DNA of 64,000 bases from an uncultured Gammaproteobacteria bacterium (GCA_964597575.1 CAZQXB010000001.1:704595-768594); one strand, 5' to 3'; positions 18,913 to 28,919 are shown, counted from the stretch's first letter. Notes: generated by a model not told the origin, from the letters alone. Program-made: numbers and translations.

Positions 18913-20349
18913 TTAGGAATCGAGTATATGGCCGGAATCGGTCATGTACCGTCGCGGAGCAGGCTTGTCTGGTGCTGGGGTTGGCTCTACAGACTTCTTC
19001 TCTTCAACCATGACACCCTGCGGCAAAACCATACCCAGACCCTCAACTGGCAAGTCTGACGGCGGCTCGGTTTTCTTCGCCCCAGCTTTTTGTAAGAGTG
19101 GTACCCGCACGTGAGACATTGGAAAGTGCCAAATTGTGGCCAGCTCTTCAATATTCAACACAAATGATTTCAAAATTTTTCCCATGGCCCGTTCTTTATA
19201 GGCCTGCATAATTTTTCGCTTGCGTTCATTTTTTATTCTATCAGCAAACAAATATTTGGTACTGGTGAGGTATTTTGGTAAAAGTGCATTCGAGGTGGGG
19301 TTGTTAAACTGATTGATCGCCCCGATAAGCGAATTCACCCCACGCGCCGGGTTAAATATCTCTTTCCGAGCCACATAAATCATGCGAATTTTTGTTTTGT
19401 ACCCAATTTTACTAATTTTATCTTCCATGGCTTCGACCAATTTTTTCTGCCCTGGAGTAAGGTATTGCATTTTATTTTGATCACTTTTTCCCTCTTTTGC
19501 GGCCCCCTCTCCCCCACCTAAAAACTCACTTCCAACCAACTGTGGCCCAAAAACGTTTGCAGCCTGGATTGGAATATCTAAGGCTTTTCCTAAAAAACCC
19601 TGTTTTTTAGGCTTTTTCTTTTCTCCAATAAGCTTATTAATCTCCTCAATAGAATCCTTTTTCCACTCTTTATCAGGGGTCGGCTCAATCACCATCTGGT
19701 ACCACATCTGTTCGCCCGGACCAATGCGACTGAAACTTTCCAAGAATGTACCCATCGGATCTTTCACTGGCGCATCTTTATCAACCATGTGCTCGAAATC
19801 ACGGTATACCCGAAGCGGGTAGGCATCAGGCGCCACCAACTTAAACTCAGCCCCCCACATATTATATGTTTTGTCAGGGTAGTGCTCGGGAATTCCCTTG
19901 GTGTAATCTTCAATTTCCGTAATTTCAGCTTCAGGGTATTGTGCATAAAGTGCCGCCTCCATAACGTCACGGTACTGTTCTAAAACCCGCACGACAAACT
20001 GGATATACCCCTCGATACTTACAATTTCAAAACTGAACGAAAAAGGTTCAAACCCTCGCCGATACATGAGGGCGATAGCATTCCCTTCGTAAATAGAAAA
20101 AATATGAGCGAACATTTGCTCAACCGCTTTTGGTGTCTGAACATTGAGCTGCGGAACATCAATCGCAAGGTGTACCCAACGCCACTTATCAACATATTTT
20201 TTATTCTTGTAGAAAGCCAATAAAAAAAGACCGCCTTTCAAAAGTAAGGCCGCAACAAGAATCCAAGCCCCGGCAGTAAAAAGTCGCGTCAAAGCGACAA
20301 CGGGCGGAGCCGTAACCTCACGCATGACAAGAAAGAGAAACTCTTCCAT
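18913..20349 (-). CDS. membrane-anchored protein paralogous to the N-terminal domain of the VirD4-like protein
   Basis: Shared motifs AQYP.AEI...DY, FV.N.EE.A..WH.P, PPS..P. Confidence 0.8.
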   Translation of the reverse strand: MEEFLFLVMREVTAPPVVALTRLFTAGAWILVAALLLKGGLFLLAFYKNKKYVDKWRWVHLAIDVPQLNVQTPKAVEQMFAHIFSIYEGNAIALMYRRGFEPFSFSFEIVSIEGYIQFVVRVLEQYRDVMEAALYAQYPEAEITEIEDYTKGIPEHYPDKTYNMWGAEFKLVAPDAYPLRVYRDFEHMVDKDAPVKDPMGTFLESFSRIGPGEQMWYQMVIEPTPDKEWKKDSIEEINKLIGEKKKPKKQGFLGKALDIPIQAANVFGPQLVGSEFLGGGEGAAKEGKSDQNKMQYLTPGQKKLVEAMEDKISKIGYKTKIRMIYVARKEIFNPARGVNSLIGAINQFNNPTSNALLPKYLTSTKYLFADRIKNERKRKIMQAYKERAMGKILKSFVLNIEELATIWHFPMSHVRVPLLQKAGAKKTEPPSDLPVEGLGMVLPQGVMVEEKKSVEPTPAPDKPAPRRYMTDSGHILDS

Positions 20350-20359
20350 AGGAAGAACG

Positions 20360-20521
20360 CTATACCTCGATTAAGGTATAAATTGCCCAATAGATCACAG
20401 CAACACCAAGGCCACTCCACCACCATCCGAACTGGCCCGATTTATAACCGGCCACAAAAAAAACAATGGCAACAAGAGTTCCAACCAGTGCGATCATGTG
20501 TCGCACGGCATTTTCTGACAT
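20360..20521 (-). CDS. 53-aa two-TM small membrane protein
   Basis: MSENAVRHMIALVGTLVAIVFFVAGYKSGQFGWWWSGLGVAVIYWAIYTLIEV; ends 10 nt before the next gene; absent from ORF track. Confidence 0.65.
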   Translation of the reverse strand: MSENAVRHMIALVGTLVAIVFFVAGYKSGQFGWWWSGLGVAVIYWAIYTLIEV

Positions 20522-20611
20522 AAAACGGAATACAAAAAAACAATCACGATGCTATAGAACAGTATACTACACGAGAGCTGCCTTCGGCAAGGAAAAAAGA
20601 ATTCCCTTTCG

Positions 20612-21553
20612 TTATGCTCGACGACGCATTTGCCAGTTGTTGAGCGTCACAAGAAGTGGGCTCGCCAGGAAGATAGAAGAATATGCCCCGGCAAAGATAC
20701 CAACGATGAGTGTTAGAGCAAAGTTGTGGATGCTCTCACCGCCAAAAAAGAAGATCGCGAGCAAACTCAGTTCAGCGGTGAACGAGGTATTAAAGGAACG
20801 AATGACCGTCTGGTTCACACTCATTTCGACGGTATCGTCAAAATTCGCAGTTCCTCGGCGTAGGATGTTCTCACGAATTCGATCGAAAACAATGATCGTA
20901 TCGTTTACGGAATACCCAAGAATCGTCAAAAGGGCTACCACAATAGGAATGTCAATCTCGAGCCCTGCAAATCTCCCCAAAACCGACAACACCCCCATGG
21001 TGATAAGAATATTATGGATTAAAGCAATAATAGCAATTGCCCCATACTTCCACGAAGTAACAGGCTGAGATACTTTTCTGAAGGTGTAAGCAACGTAGAG
21101 AATGATACCAAGTAATACTGCGGCTGTAGCAGCTACGGCGCGATTTCGAAGTTCAACGCTAATTGCTGGACCAACCTTCTCAAAACGGTCTTCGCGAAAA
21201 GCGGCAGCCAACTCTTCTGCCCCAGTAGCACCAGTAAGCTCTGAAAGCTCATTGAGCACATTCTGGTGTTCTTCTTCAGACAAGAAGCGCATGCGCAAAA
21301 TGTACCCATTGTCGCCCGTTGTTTGAGCAACCACCTGGTCAATTCCAGCTTCACGCACCTCAGCAATCACAGCCTCTTGACTCGGACGCTCCTGTAGATA
21401 CGTAACCGCAACAAGCGATCCACCAGTGAAATCAATCCCTGGTTTTAATCCAAAGATCACGAGCACCACAATACTTGCGATCGATAAGACGCTTGAGATA
21501 AAGAATGGAATCGAACGGTATCGGACAATCTTAAACGTAAACATAGTCATCAT
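20612..21553 (-). CDS. secF: protein translocase subunit SecF
   Basis: GIDFTGG, VGPAIS.EL, GYSVNDTIIVFDRIRE, GAYSSIFLA; TAATG overlap with secD (alternative start 21544). Confidence 0.97.
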   Translation of the reverse strand: MMTMFTFKIVRYRSIPFFISSVLSIASIVVLVIFGLKPGIDFTGGSLVAVTYLQERPSQEAVIAEVREAGIDQVVAQTTGDNGYILRMRFLSEEEHQNVLNELSELTGATGAEELAAAFREDRFEKVGPAISVELRNRAVAATAAVLLGIILYVAYTFRKVSQPVTSWKYGAIAIIALIHNILITMGVLSVLGRFAGLEIDIPIVVALLTILGYSVNDTIIVFDRIRENILRRGTANFDDTVEMSVNQTVIRSFNTSFTAELSLLAIFFFGGESIHNFALTLIVGIFAGAYSSIFLASPLLVTLNNWQMRRRA

Positions 21554-23598
21554 TATGATTTTCGTTTCTTCGCTCCTAAAAAGAGCCGATTACCATGTTC
21601 AGGAAACCATGGCACCATAAAACGAAGAATAACACGGGTAACGGTAATTGCGGAAAACATACTCACAAACACCCCGATAATCAGAACGAAGGCAAACCCT
21701 TTCACGAAACTAGAACCGAACCACAGAAGTACGACACAGGTAATAATCGCTGACACATTACCATCATGAATGGCGTTCCATGCTCGATCAAACCCTTCTT
21801 CAACGGCCTTAAACAACGATTTTCCACCCTGAAGTTCTTCTTTTAATCGCTCAAAGATAAGGACATTGTTATCAATCGCCATACCCATAGAAAGAATGAG
21901 ACCGGCAATACCCGATAACGTGAGGGTTACCCCAAAGAGTTTAAAGAGGGCAAGTGTAAGCACGGTGTAGAGGGCTAAACTGAGTGTCGCAATGAGACCA
22001 GGCAATCGGTATACTGCGACCATGAAAATCGCAATAAGAGTGAGCGCAGCCAAACCTGCTTTCAAACTAAGGGTAAGGGAATCAAGTCCGAGGGTCGCTC
22101 CAACCTGCTGCTGACTCACGAGCTCAACCGGTACAGGCAAGGCTCCGGCATTCAACTGTTGGGTCAACAATTTCGCTTCAGCAAAGGTAAAGCCTCCTTG
22201 AATGACGGCTCGGCCATCACTAATGACGGTTTGTACAACCGGTGCACTAATAGGGTTATTATCGAGGAAGATTCCCACTTGTTTCCCCAAATTGCGTTCC
22301 GTAATTTCACGGAAAAGGTCGCGACCTTCGTCGTTAAACTGAAGTGACACCATAACCGCACCGGTTTGCTGGTCACTCACCACTTCTGCGCGTTTAAGCT
22401 GAGAGCCAGAAAGTTTTGTTGGCTTCCAACCGTTATTTGGTGGAACAATATCGTCTTTTGTTTTGGTGGCTACAAAAACATGAGAAAGCTCATATTCTTT
22501 TTCAGGTCCTTCGCTAATCTTATAGATAACATGGTACCCGAATTCTGTTTCGACCGGTCCAATAATTTCTCCGGCTTTGGCTGCTGAAACTGCATCGTCA
22601 AAAGCTTTTACCATTTGACCTTTCGTAAAGCTACCTAAGTCACCGCCAGTTTGTGCGGCCCCAGGTTCTGTTGAGTATTTTTTCGCAAGTTCACTAAAAT
22701 TCTTCGCATTCGCTTCTTTAAAAATATCTTCGGCTTTCTTTCGCGCCTCTTCTTTCGTATACAGTGGCTCGTCACATCCCTGCGACCCTAAATAGCAGAA
22801 TAAAATATGTTTTGCCGCAATAACTGGCGCACCATCGCGTTCTCCCCCGCGCTTTAATATATGGTACCCGAGTGGTGTTTCAATAAGCGTCTGTGATGTT
22901 TGGTCGGGTTTTGCACTCTCAGCCCAGGTGTACATATTTTCATACACCGTTCGCTTATTCACAAAACCAAGATTACCAGCGAGATCCTTACTTTGCGTAT
23001 CATCGCTTAACTCTTTTGCAAGAGTTGCAAAGTCTTCCCCTTTTTTCACGCGAGCAAGAGTGGTATTCGCTTTTTTAAGCGCTTCTGCATTAAAGTCGGC
23101 CAATTGTTTTTCTTCTTCAGCAGTTAATGCACGCGCTGGCTCGTTTGATGGTTCACGAAAATCCAAAATTGGCGTTTCTCCAATCAAACGAATTGCTTGT
23201 GTAATATCTTGAACTCCAGGAAGTTCAACGAGAATACGGTACGCATCCCCTACTTTTGTAGTCTGGACATTCGACTCTGCCACACCGAACGCATTCACCC
23301 GGCGCTCAATAACACCACGCACACCCTCTACGGAATCGGCTTGGTCAGCAGCCGGAAGGCTTGTCACATTTGCCTCATATACTAACTGCGCGCCCCCTTG
23401 TAAATCGAGCCCCAAAGAGAACGATTTTGGTGGAATCCGAGGGATACCGAGCGCAATACTTCCATTGACCGCATCAATAGCTTTATTCGCATAGGCCGGA
23501 AAAATATACACGGCGCAAGCTACGATAAGCACAAAAATACCCGCAATTCCCCATCGGACCTTCGCACGAACTTCAGCTGCAGAAAGTGTTTGTTTCAT
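21553..23598 (-). CDS. secD: SecD with two inserted parvulin (PpiC) PPIase domains
   Basis: LGLDLQGG, IERRVNAFGVAE, LNAGALP, GMAIDNNVLIFER; inserts FATLAKELSDD..GNLGF, GGDLGSF.KGQMV..F, PVETEFGYHVI. Confidence 0.95.
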   Translation of the reverse strand: MKQTLSAAEVRAKVRWGIAGIFVLIVACAVYIFPAYANKAIDAVNGSIALGIPRIPPKSFSLGLDLQGGAQLVYEANVTSLPAADQADSVEGVRGVIERRVNAFGVAESNVQTTKVGDAYRILVELPGVQDITQAIRLIGETPILDFREPSNEPARALTAEEEKQLADFNAEALKKANTTLARVKKGEDFATLAKELSDDTQSKDLAGNLGFVNKRTVYENMYTWAESAKPDQTSQTLIETPLGYHILKRGGERDGAPVIAAKHILFCYLGSQGCDEPLYTKEEARKKAEDIFKEANAKNFSELAKKYSTEPGAAQTGGDLGSFTKGQMVKAFDDAVSAAKAGEIIGPVETEFGYHVIYKISEGPEKEYELSHVFVATKTKDDIVPPNNGWKPTKLSGSQLKRAEVVSDQQTGAVMVSLQFNDEGRDLFREITERNLGKQVGIFLDNNPISAPVVQTVISDGRAVIQGGFTFAEAKLLTQQLNAGALPVPVELVSQQQVGATLGLDSLTLSLKAGLAALTLIAIFMVAVYRLPGLIATLSLALYTVLTLALFKLFGVTLTLSGIAGLILSMGMAIDNNVLIFERLKEELQGGKSLFKAVEEGFDRAWNAIHDGNVSAIITCVVLLWFGSSFVKGFAFVLIIGVFVSMFSAITVTRVILRFMVPWFPEHGNRLFLGAKKRKS

Positions 23599-23935
23599 AA
23601 ATTCAAGAAAGTGGGCCTATTGTACGCGAATTTTGGCCTTTTCGTCAACTGCGGTTTATGCACACGATATTGACATATGGCAACGATCATGATATTCCTT
23701 ATTTTAACGATGAAACCGAAAAGCACTCACCCACCCACCGGAAAGCGAAAAAGAAAGGAGCATCGAAAAAAAACTCGACGTTACTCGAAGAATGGCCGGA
23801 AGCGCATGCGGCGATGGCTCGCTGTCATCTGCAGTGAAAGCCGTTGGTGGCGCCAAGAGGCTATCGAGACTACCAGTGGGCGTCGTCGACACGATCCGGA
23901 ATAGAGTCCGGAACGCGCTGGCCGGTATTCGTAAG

Positions 23936-24003
23936 AAATCACCCGCCAACTCGTTATCTCCCTTACCCTAGCGGTAGGAGGGAAAACGAGCGGGTGATTT
24001 TTT
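23936..24003. terminator. long imperfect hairpin downstream of secA
   Basis: AAATCACCCGC..CTCGTT..TCCCT..TACC / GGTA..AGGGA..AACGAG.CGGGTGATTT. Confidence 0.6.
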
Positions 24004-24016
24004 ATTTCACCCCCGG

Positions 24017-26779
24017 TTACGCCCCATGACACTTCTTAAACTTCTTTCCCGAGCCGCATGGGCACATATCATTTCGCCCCACTTTTTGTTGTGCGTCCGC
24101 TGCTCCTGCAACTGGCGGGGGTGCTGCTGTTTCTTTGGTTGCACCGCTTAGCGTTAGTGTGTCGGTCGCCATAATCGTCGGCGCAACTTGAATACCAATA
24201 TTCACCTTGAAGAATCCGTAGACGACTTCTTTCTGAATGTTTGCTAAAAGTTCATTAAACATGCGGAAAGTTTCTTTCTTATACTCAACGAGCGGATCAC
24301 GTTGACCGTAGCCACGAAGGCCGATACCGGCACGCAAATGATCAATGGAAACGAGATGATCAACCCACAAGGTATCGATCGCACGAATAAGTACTCCTGA
24401 TTCAATATCGCGCATCGTTATGTGTGCTGCTTCAGGCGAACTTGAGGCACCCTGAATTGCTTGCTCCATCTGCGTATATGTTTTTACCGCTAACCCAAAT
24501 AAAAATTCAACAATTTTTTCACGCACTTCCACGTCGCCAAGCTTTCCATCTTCACGCTTTGTAAATGCGAGAAGTGTTGCTTTTTCTTCATCACTGACCG
24601 GAAACATGGTCCGAGCGGTTTCATACACTTCCTGCATGTTCCACTCCCCGCTTTCGGTGTTGGTATGGAACCCAACCACGAGTTCAATTTCTTTTTGCAT
24701 CATGTCGAGCACCATGCCTTTACTTGGTCGCGTATCAGACACTTCTTTCACATCAAGCAGCTCTAACACCTGACGACGTTTCTTATAAATCACATCGCGG
24801 TGTTTGTTCAACACATCATCGTATTCAAGCAAATGCTTACGCGTATCAAAGTGATGCGATTCTACCTTCTTCTGCGCTGATGCCAAAATTTTTCCAAGAA
24901 TCGGCTGTTCAATCGGTAAATCTTCCGGAACATTCAAACGGGTCATCACATTTTTCATTCTGTCTCCTGCAAAAATGCGCATGAGTTCATCTTCTGTTGA
25001 AATGAAAAATTGTGTTTCCCCTGGATCCCCTTGGCGGGCACTGCGTCCACGGAGCTGATTATCGATACGACGAGACTCATGACGCTCCGTACCGAGAACA
25101 AACAACCCACCGGCACTGAGAACCTTCTCATGCTCCTCTTTATTCATGGGGGTACCACCGAGTTTAATATCTACCCCGCGCCCAGCCATGTTCGTCGCCA
25201 AAGTCACGGCTCCCGGGCGACCTGCCTGCGCAATAATCTCCCCCTCACGCTCATGATTCTTCGCATTTAAAAGTTCATGCTGAATTCCTTGGGCTTGCAA
25301 ATACATGCTGAGTTGCTCATTTTTTTCAACCGAAGCTGTACCAATAAGCACTGGCTGACCCTTCGCGCGAGTTTCTTTTACTTTTGCCACAATGGCCTTG
25401 AACTTCGCCGCTTCTGTTTTATAAATACGATCGGTTTGGTCGATTCGACGATCCGGCTTGTTGGTTGGAATAACCACGACTTCCACATTATAAATTTTTC
25501 CAAGCTCTTCAGCTTCCGTAGCCGCTGTACCTGTCATACCAGAAAGTTTCTTGTACATGCGGAACAAGTTCTGGAACGTAATCGTCGCAAGTGTCTGGCT
25601 TTCTTTTTGAATTTTTACTCCTTCTTTCGCTTCAATGGCTTGATGCAAACCTTCGCTATAACGACGACCTGGCATTTTGCGGCCGGTAAATTCGTCGATG
25701 ATAACCACTTCACCCTTATCGACGACGTATTCTTTATCGCGCTTAAAAAGAACCTCGGCCTTGAGCGCCTGTTCAATGTGGTGGACGAGGCGAATACCGC
25801 CTTCAGCGTAAATATTTTCTACCCCAAGCCAACCTTCAAATTTATGAATGCCTTCTTCCGTTAAAGAAACGCTGCGCAACTTTTCATCAACATTATAATC
25901 GGTTACCTTATCAAGCTTCCGCGCAAGATCTGCAAATTGATAATACTGTTCTGTGGCCTCCATTGAAGGAGCCGAAATAATAAGCGGGGTGCGGGCTTCA
26001 TCAATTAAAATGGAATCCACTTCGTCGACAATGGCATAATGCATTTCGTTCCCCGGGCGCATCACCATGTCGGAAACGCGCTGCACCATGTTGTCGCGCA
26101 AATAATCGAAGCCATATTCGTTGTTCGTGCCGTAAGTAATGTCACAACGATACGCTTCTTGACGAGTCGCTGGGCGTAAAAATTCGTATTCTACTTTGAA
26201 ACTCCCTAAATCGTCGCGTTCTTTATCGGCTTCACTTCCCTCAGCAACTTTCGCTGCTTCTTCCGGCGGTTTCGCAAAACCTGCATCGTACACATACGTA
26301 ACACGCTGGTTTTGAATCACCCCAACACTAAGCCCAAGGAATGCATAAATCTGCCCCATCCAAACTGCATCACGGCGTGCCAAATAATCGTTCACCGTTA
26401 CCACATGCACGCCCTTTCCCTCTAACGCATTTACATAGGTCGGAAGAGTTGCGGTCAGCGTTTTTCCTTCACCGGTTCTCATTTCTGCAATCTGCCCTTT
26501 GTGGAGCACTAAGCCACCGATAAGCTGAACATCGTAATGCCGCATCCCAGCCACACGTTTCGCCGCTTCTCGGACGGTAGCAAACGCTTCCGGTAAAATA
26601 GCATCGGTGGTTTCTCCGTTTTGAAGTCGCGCTTTAAATTCAGCGGTTTTCGCTTTGAGTGCTTCATCAGAAAGAGCAGAATAGCTCGATTCAAGCTCGT
26701 TTATTTTTTTAACAACAGGATCAAGTGTTTTCAGTACTTTTGCATTCGGATCTCCAAGTAATTTCGTAAGAAAAGACAT
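24017..26779 (-). CDS. secA: preprotein translocase SecA
   Basis: MRTGEGKT, VTVNDYLARRD, DEVDSILIDEARTPLIIS, TNMAGRG, C-terminal GRNDMCPCGSGKKFKKCHG; start MSFLTK. Confidence 0.98.
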   Translation of the reverse strand: MSFLTKLLGDPNAKVLKTLDPVVKKINELESSYSALSDEALKAKTAEFKARLQNGETTDAILPEAFATVREAAKRVAGMRHYDVQLIGGLVLHKGQIAEMRTGEGKTLTATLPTYVNALEGKGVHVVTVNDYLARRDAVWMGQIYAFLGLSVGVIQNQRVTYVYDAGFAKPPEEAAKVAEGSEADKERDDLGSFKVEYEFLRPATRQEAYRCDITYGTNNEYGFDYLRDNMVQRVSDMVMRPGNEMHYAIVDEVDSILIDEARTPLIISAPSMEATEQYYQFADLARKLDKVTDYNVDEKLRSVSLTEEGIHKFEGWLGVENIYAEGGIRLVHHIEQALKAEVLFKRDKEYVVDKGEVVIIDEFTGRKMPGRRYSEGLHQAIEAKEGVKIQKESQTLATITFQNLFRMYKKLSGMTGTAATEAEELGKIYNVEVVVIPTNKPDRRIDQTDRIYKTEAAKFKAIVAKVKETRAKGQPVLIGTASVEKNEQLSMYLQAQGIQHELLNAKNHEREGEIIAQAGRPGAVTLATNMAGRGVDIKLGGTPMNKEEHEKVLSAGGLFVLGTERHESRRIDNQLRGRSARQGDPGETQFFISTEDELMRIFAGDRMKNVMTRLNVPEDLPIEQPILGKILASAQKKVESHHFDTRKHLLEYDDVLNKHRDVIYKKRRQVLELLDVKEVSDTRPSKGMVLDMMQKEIELVVGFHTNTESGEWNMQEVYETARTMFPVSDEEKATLLAFTKREDGKLGDVEVREKIVEFLFGLAVKTYTQMEQAIQGASSSPEAAHITMRDIESGVLIRAIDTLWVDHLVSIDHLRAGIGLRGYGQRDPLVEYKKETFRMFNELLANIQKEVVYGFFKVNIGIQVAPTIMATDTLTLSGATKETAAPPPVAGAADAQQKVGRNDMCPCGSGKKFKKCHGA

Positions 26780-26807
26780 ACAAGTGAATAGGGATGTAAC
26801 ACGTCGG

Positions 26808-26836
26808 AGTGTAGCACTTCCCCTCGCTATTGGCAA
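26808..26836 (-). promoter_or_regulatory. secA promoter
   Basis: TTGCCA-N17-TACACT with extended TG. Confidence 0.6.
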
Positions 26837-26905
26837 CCCCAAAAAATGCAAAAGGACAGATGGGGATCTGTCCGGAGAAAAGAAAACGAGGGTTCTTTAA
26901 GAGCT

Positions 26906-27307
26906 CTAGCGCATGACTTCTGTTCTGAAGTGACCATGACACCGCCTGCCGTTCGTTCTAAGACCGAGGATATACTTCCCGGGCAGAATGGGCGGCAACT
27001 CAACCGCTGCCAAGTACTTCCGCCCCTCTGTGTCCGATACGTCGACCACTGTCTGCACTCCAAGAATGGCGAGGCGATGAAAGGTTCGACGCACTGGGCC
27101 TTGTGGAATGACGAACGAATCATGAACCACAAAGCAGATTGGGGCACTAACGACGAGCACAGGATGCCGTCGAGCCTGAGCTGGAACTGTAAACTCAATA
27201 CCTACGAAGCCGTCGCTCGCCTCAATATTCTGCATGAGTGCATATCGACGGACATAGATGCCTCCAACAAACAGACCGACCACGAGGAACACGTACATGG
27301 AAATCAC
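26906..27307 (-). CDS. GC-rich orphan with N-terminal TM
   Basis: 133 aa, GTG start with AAGGA SD directly after the HAD gene. Confidence 0.55.
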   Translation of the reverse strand: MISMYVFLVVGLFVGGIYVRRYALMQNIEASDGFVGIEFTVPAQARRHPVLVVSAPICFVVHDSFVIPQGPVRRTFHRLAILGVQTVVDVSDTEGRKYLAAVELPPILPGKYILGLRTNGRRCHGHFRTEVMR

Positions 27308-27323
27308 GGTGAACTTCCTTCCA

Positions 27324-27983
27324 TCACACCTTGAATGTGATGTTGATGCCGAACTCCGTGCGAAGCAACCTGCGCAGATCGTTCGCCGTCTTCTCGCGCG
27401 CGTCGAACTTGAGCGTCTTCATGCCACACGCTCTCGCCCCAACTAGGTTTTCATCTTTGTCATCGATGAAAAGAATTTTGCTCGGATCACAGTCGGCGCG
27501 TTCGATGGCCGTAAGATATATTTCTCGCTCTGGCTTCCGATGGCCAATTTCAAACGAGAGAATACGACGATCCCGGGGGATCAAACGCAGAAGCTGCGGG
27601 ATGCACTTCTTAGCCCACTCCCAGTGAGGGGCAGTGGTGTTGGAAATGATCCCAAGAAAAGGAACGGCTTTTGCCAAATCCCCGACTGCCGACTCAATAC
27701 CAATGACTGGAGTAAACACGTCCCCCCAGCACGCGATGATATCGGAGTTTGGAAAGTTCGGCGCACCGAGAATCCGCCGCACCTCGCAGGCAAACCGCGC
27801 TCCATCCATTCCCCGCTCGAATCCATCTTCGAGCTCGCCTCCGTAGAGGAGAGAAAAAACGGTTTTGGCAGAGTGTGGATCGTTAGTCTTCCTGGCAAAC
27901 TTCTCACACGCAATCATGTGATCGAAATAAACGAGCACACGACCCAAATCGAAATATACTGCCTCAATGTTAGAAATTTTCAT
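27324..27983 (-). CDS. HAD-family phosphatase (YihX-like)
   Basis: Motif I FDLGRVL, SNT, KPE..IY, FIDD...N..GA...GM; SD AGGAGAGG. Confidence 0.9.
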   Translation of the reverse strand: MKISNIEAVYFDLGRVLVYFDHMIACEKFARKTNDPHSAKTVFSLLYGGELEDGFERGMDGARFACEVRRILGAPNFPNSDIIACWGDVFTPVIGIESAVGDLAKAVPFLGIISNTTAPHWEWAKKCIPQLLRLIPRDRRILSFEIGHRKPEREIYLTAIERADCDPSKILFIDDKDENLVGARACGMKTLKFDAREKTANDLRRLLRTEFGINITFKV

Positions 27984-28046
27984 GAACAATCCTCTCCTTG
28001 CCCAAGGTTGGGCGCCGCACCTGCCAAAAACGACAGATGACTTTTG

Positions 28047-28075
28047 AGAATACTTGAGTTGCACCAAAAAGTCAA
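28047..28075 (-). promoter_or_regulatory. sigma70 promoter of the HAD gene
   Basis: TTGACT-N17-TATTCT. Confidence 0.65.
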
Positions 28076-28092
28076 GGCAAAACTTCTTCAAT

Positions 28093-28122
28093 TATAAAGA
28101 GCGTAGAGGGTGATCTACGCTC
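28093..28122 (-). terminator. terminator of the 2H gene
   Basis: GAGCGTAGA-N6-TCTACGCTC plus TTT. Confidence 0.6.
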
Positions 28123-28163
28123 GGGGAAGAACTCCCGGGAATGGAACGGTATCGGCGTGGGCG

Positions 28164-28763
28164 CTAGAGGGAGATGACCTCGGCGACGCTGCCGAAGGGT
28201 CCGATTCGGACGAACCGGATGTCCGCGACCTTCATGGTGTGGGGGTGGTCGGGGTACTCGCCCCTGAAACCACGCTCATCGTGGGCCAGGGTGAGGTGCG
28301 GGCGCCACTGCCCGCTGACCAGAGGATGTCCGTACTTTTGCACGTTTTCCTGCTGTTCAGGGGTCAACTCGAGCTTCTCCTCGGCCTGTCGCCCGGTCGA
28401 GATGGTCTGGTCACGAAAGTCCGCGATGGCGAGAGCCGCATGGTGCGCCCGGAAGAGGATCCTCGTCAACCTCTCGTTCCCCCTCCACATCACATCCCAG
28501 AAGAGGAACTTTTTCCCGAACTGAGCCAGTGGGCCGAGCGGGATCTCGGTGCCGGAGGCGAGCTCATGCCGACAGTCCTCGAGAATCTCGCGCGCCCGGG
28601 TAACGGACAGCCCTACCACGGACGTGTGGTACAGGGTCAGGTGGGGCAGAGGCGTCTGGAAGCGTGCCCGGTCCGCATATTGGGTGATGAGCCTCTCCAC
28701 CTCTGCCTGGGTGGCTGGGTCAGGGCGGACGACAAAGCCGTACGCTCCACTGTATGAGTTCAT
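28164..28763 (-). CDS. 2H phosphoesterase (2'-5' RNA ligase-like)
   Basis: Two HxT motifs, PHLTLYH and PHLTLAH; GC-rich; SD GAGGA. Confidence 0.85.
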   Translation of the reverse strand: MNSYSGAYGFVVRPDPATQAEVERLITQYADRARFQTPLPHLTLYHTSVVGLSVTRAREILEDCRHELASGTEIPLGPLAQFGKKFLFWDVMWRGNERLTRILFRAHHAALAIADFRDQTISTGRQAEEKLELTPEQQENVQKYGHPLVSGQWRPHLTLAHDERGFRGEYPDHPHTMKVADIRFVRIGPFGSVAEVISL

Positions 28764-28810
28764 CTCGTGTCCTCTTTCTGCAAGCAGGATCGCTTGCGAT
28801 TTCTAATCTC

Positions 28811-28839
28811 TATATACCAAAAAAAAGCTTAAAAGTCAA
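28811..28839 (-). promoter_or_regulatory. sigma70 promoter of the 2H gene
   Basis: TTGACT-N17-TATATA with extended TG. Confidence 0.65.
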
Positions 28840-28890
28840 TAATTTAGCTCTCACCCTTCCACATATTCACAAGTCAAACCCTTCTTCCTC

Positions 28891-28919
28891 TTGACAAAAT
28901 ACTAATAAAATGATAAGAT
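28891..28919 (+). promoter_or_regulatory. sigma70 promoter
   Basis: TTGACA-N17-TAAGAT with extended TG. Confidence 0.7.

Noticed and set aside
23880-24010. RNase P RNA or tmRNA
   Set aside because: Only a partial GAGTCCG resemblance; the conserved P4 and tRNA-like termini are not found.
26846-27334. 162-aa plus-strand ORF
   Set aside because: The minus-strand 133-aa ORF has an SD, a TM segment and operon context; the plus frame has no supporting signals. Not fully excluded.
28110-28757. 215-aa plus-strand ORF
   Set aside because: Antisense to the 2H gene, which has the motifs, SD and promoter.
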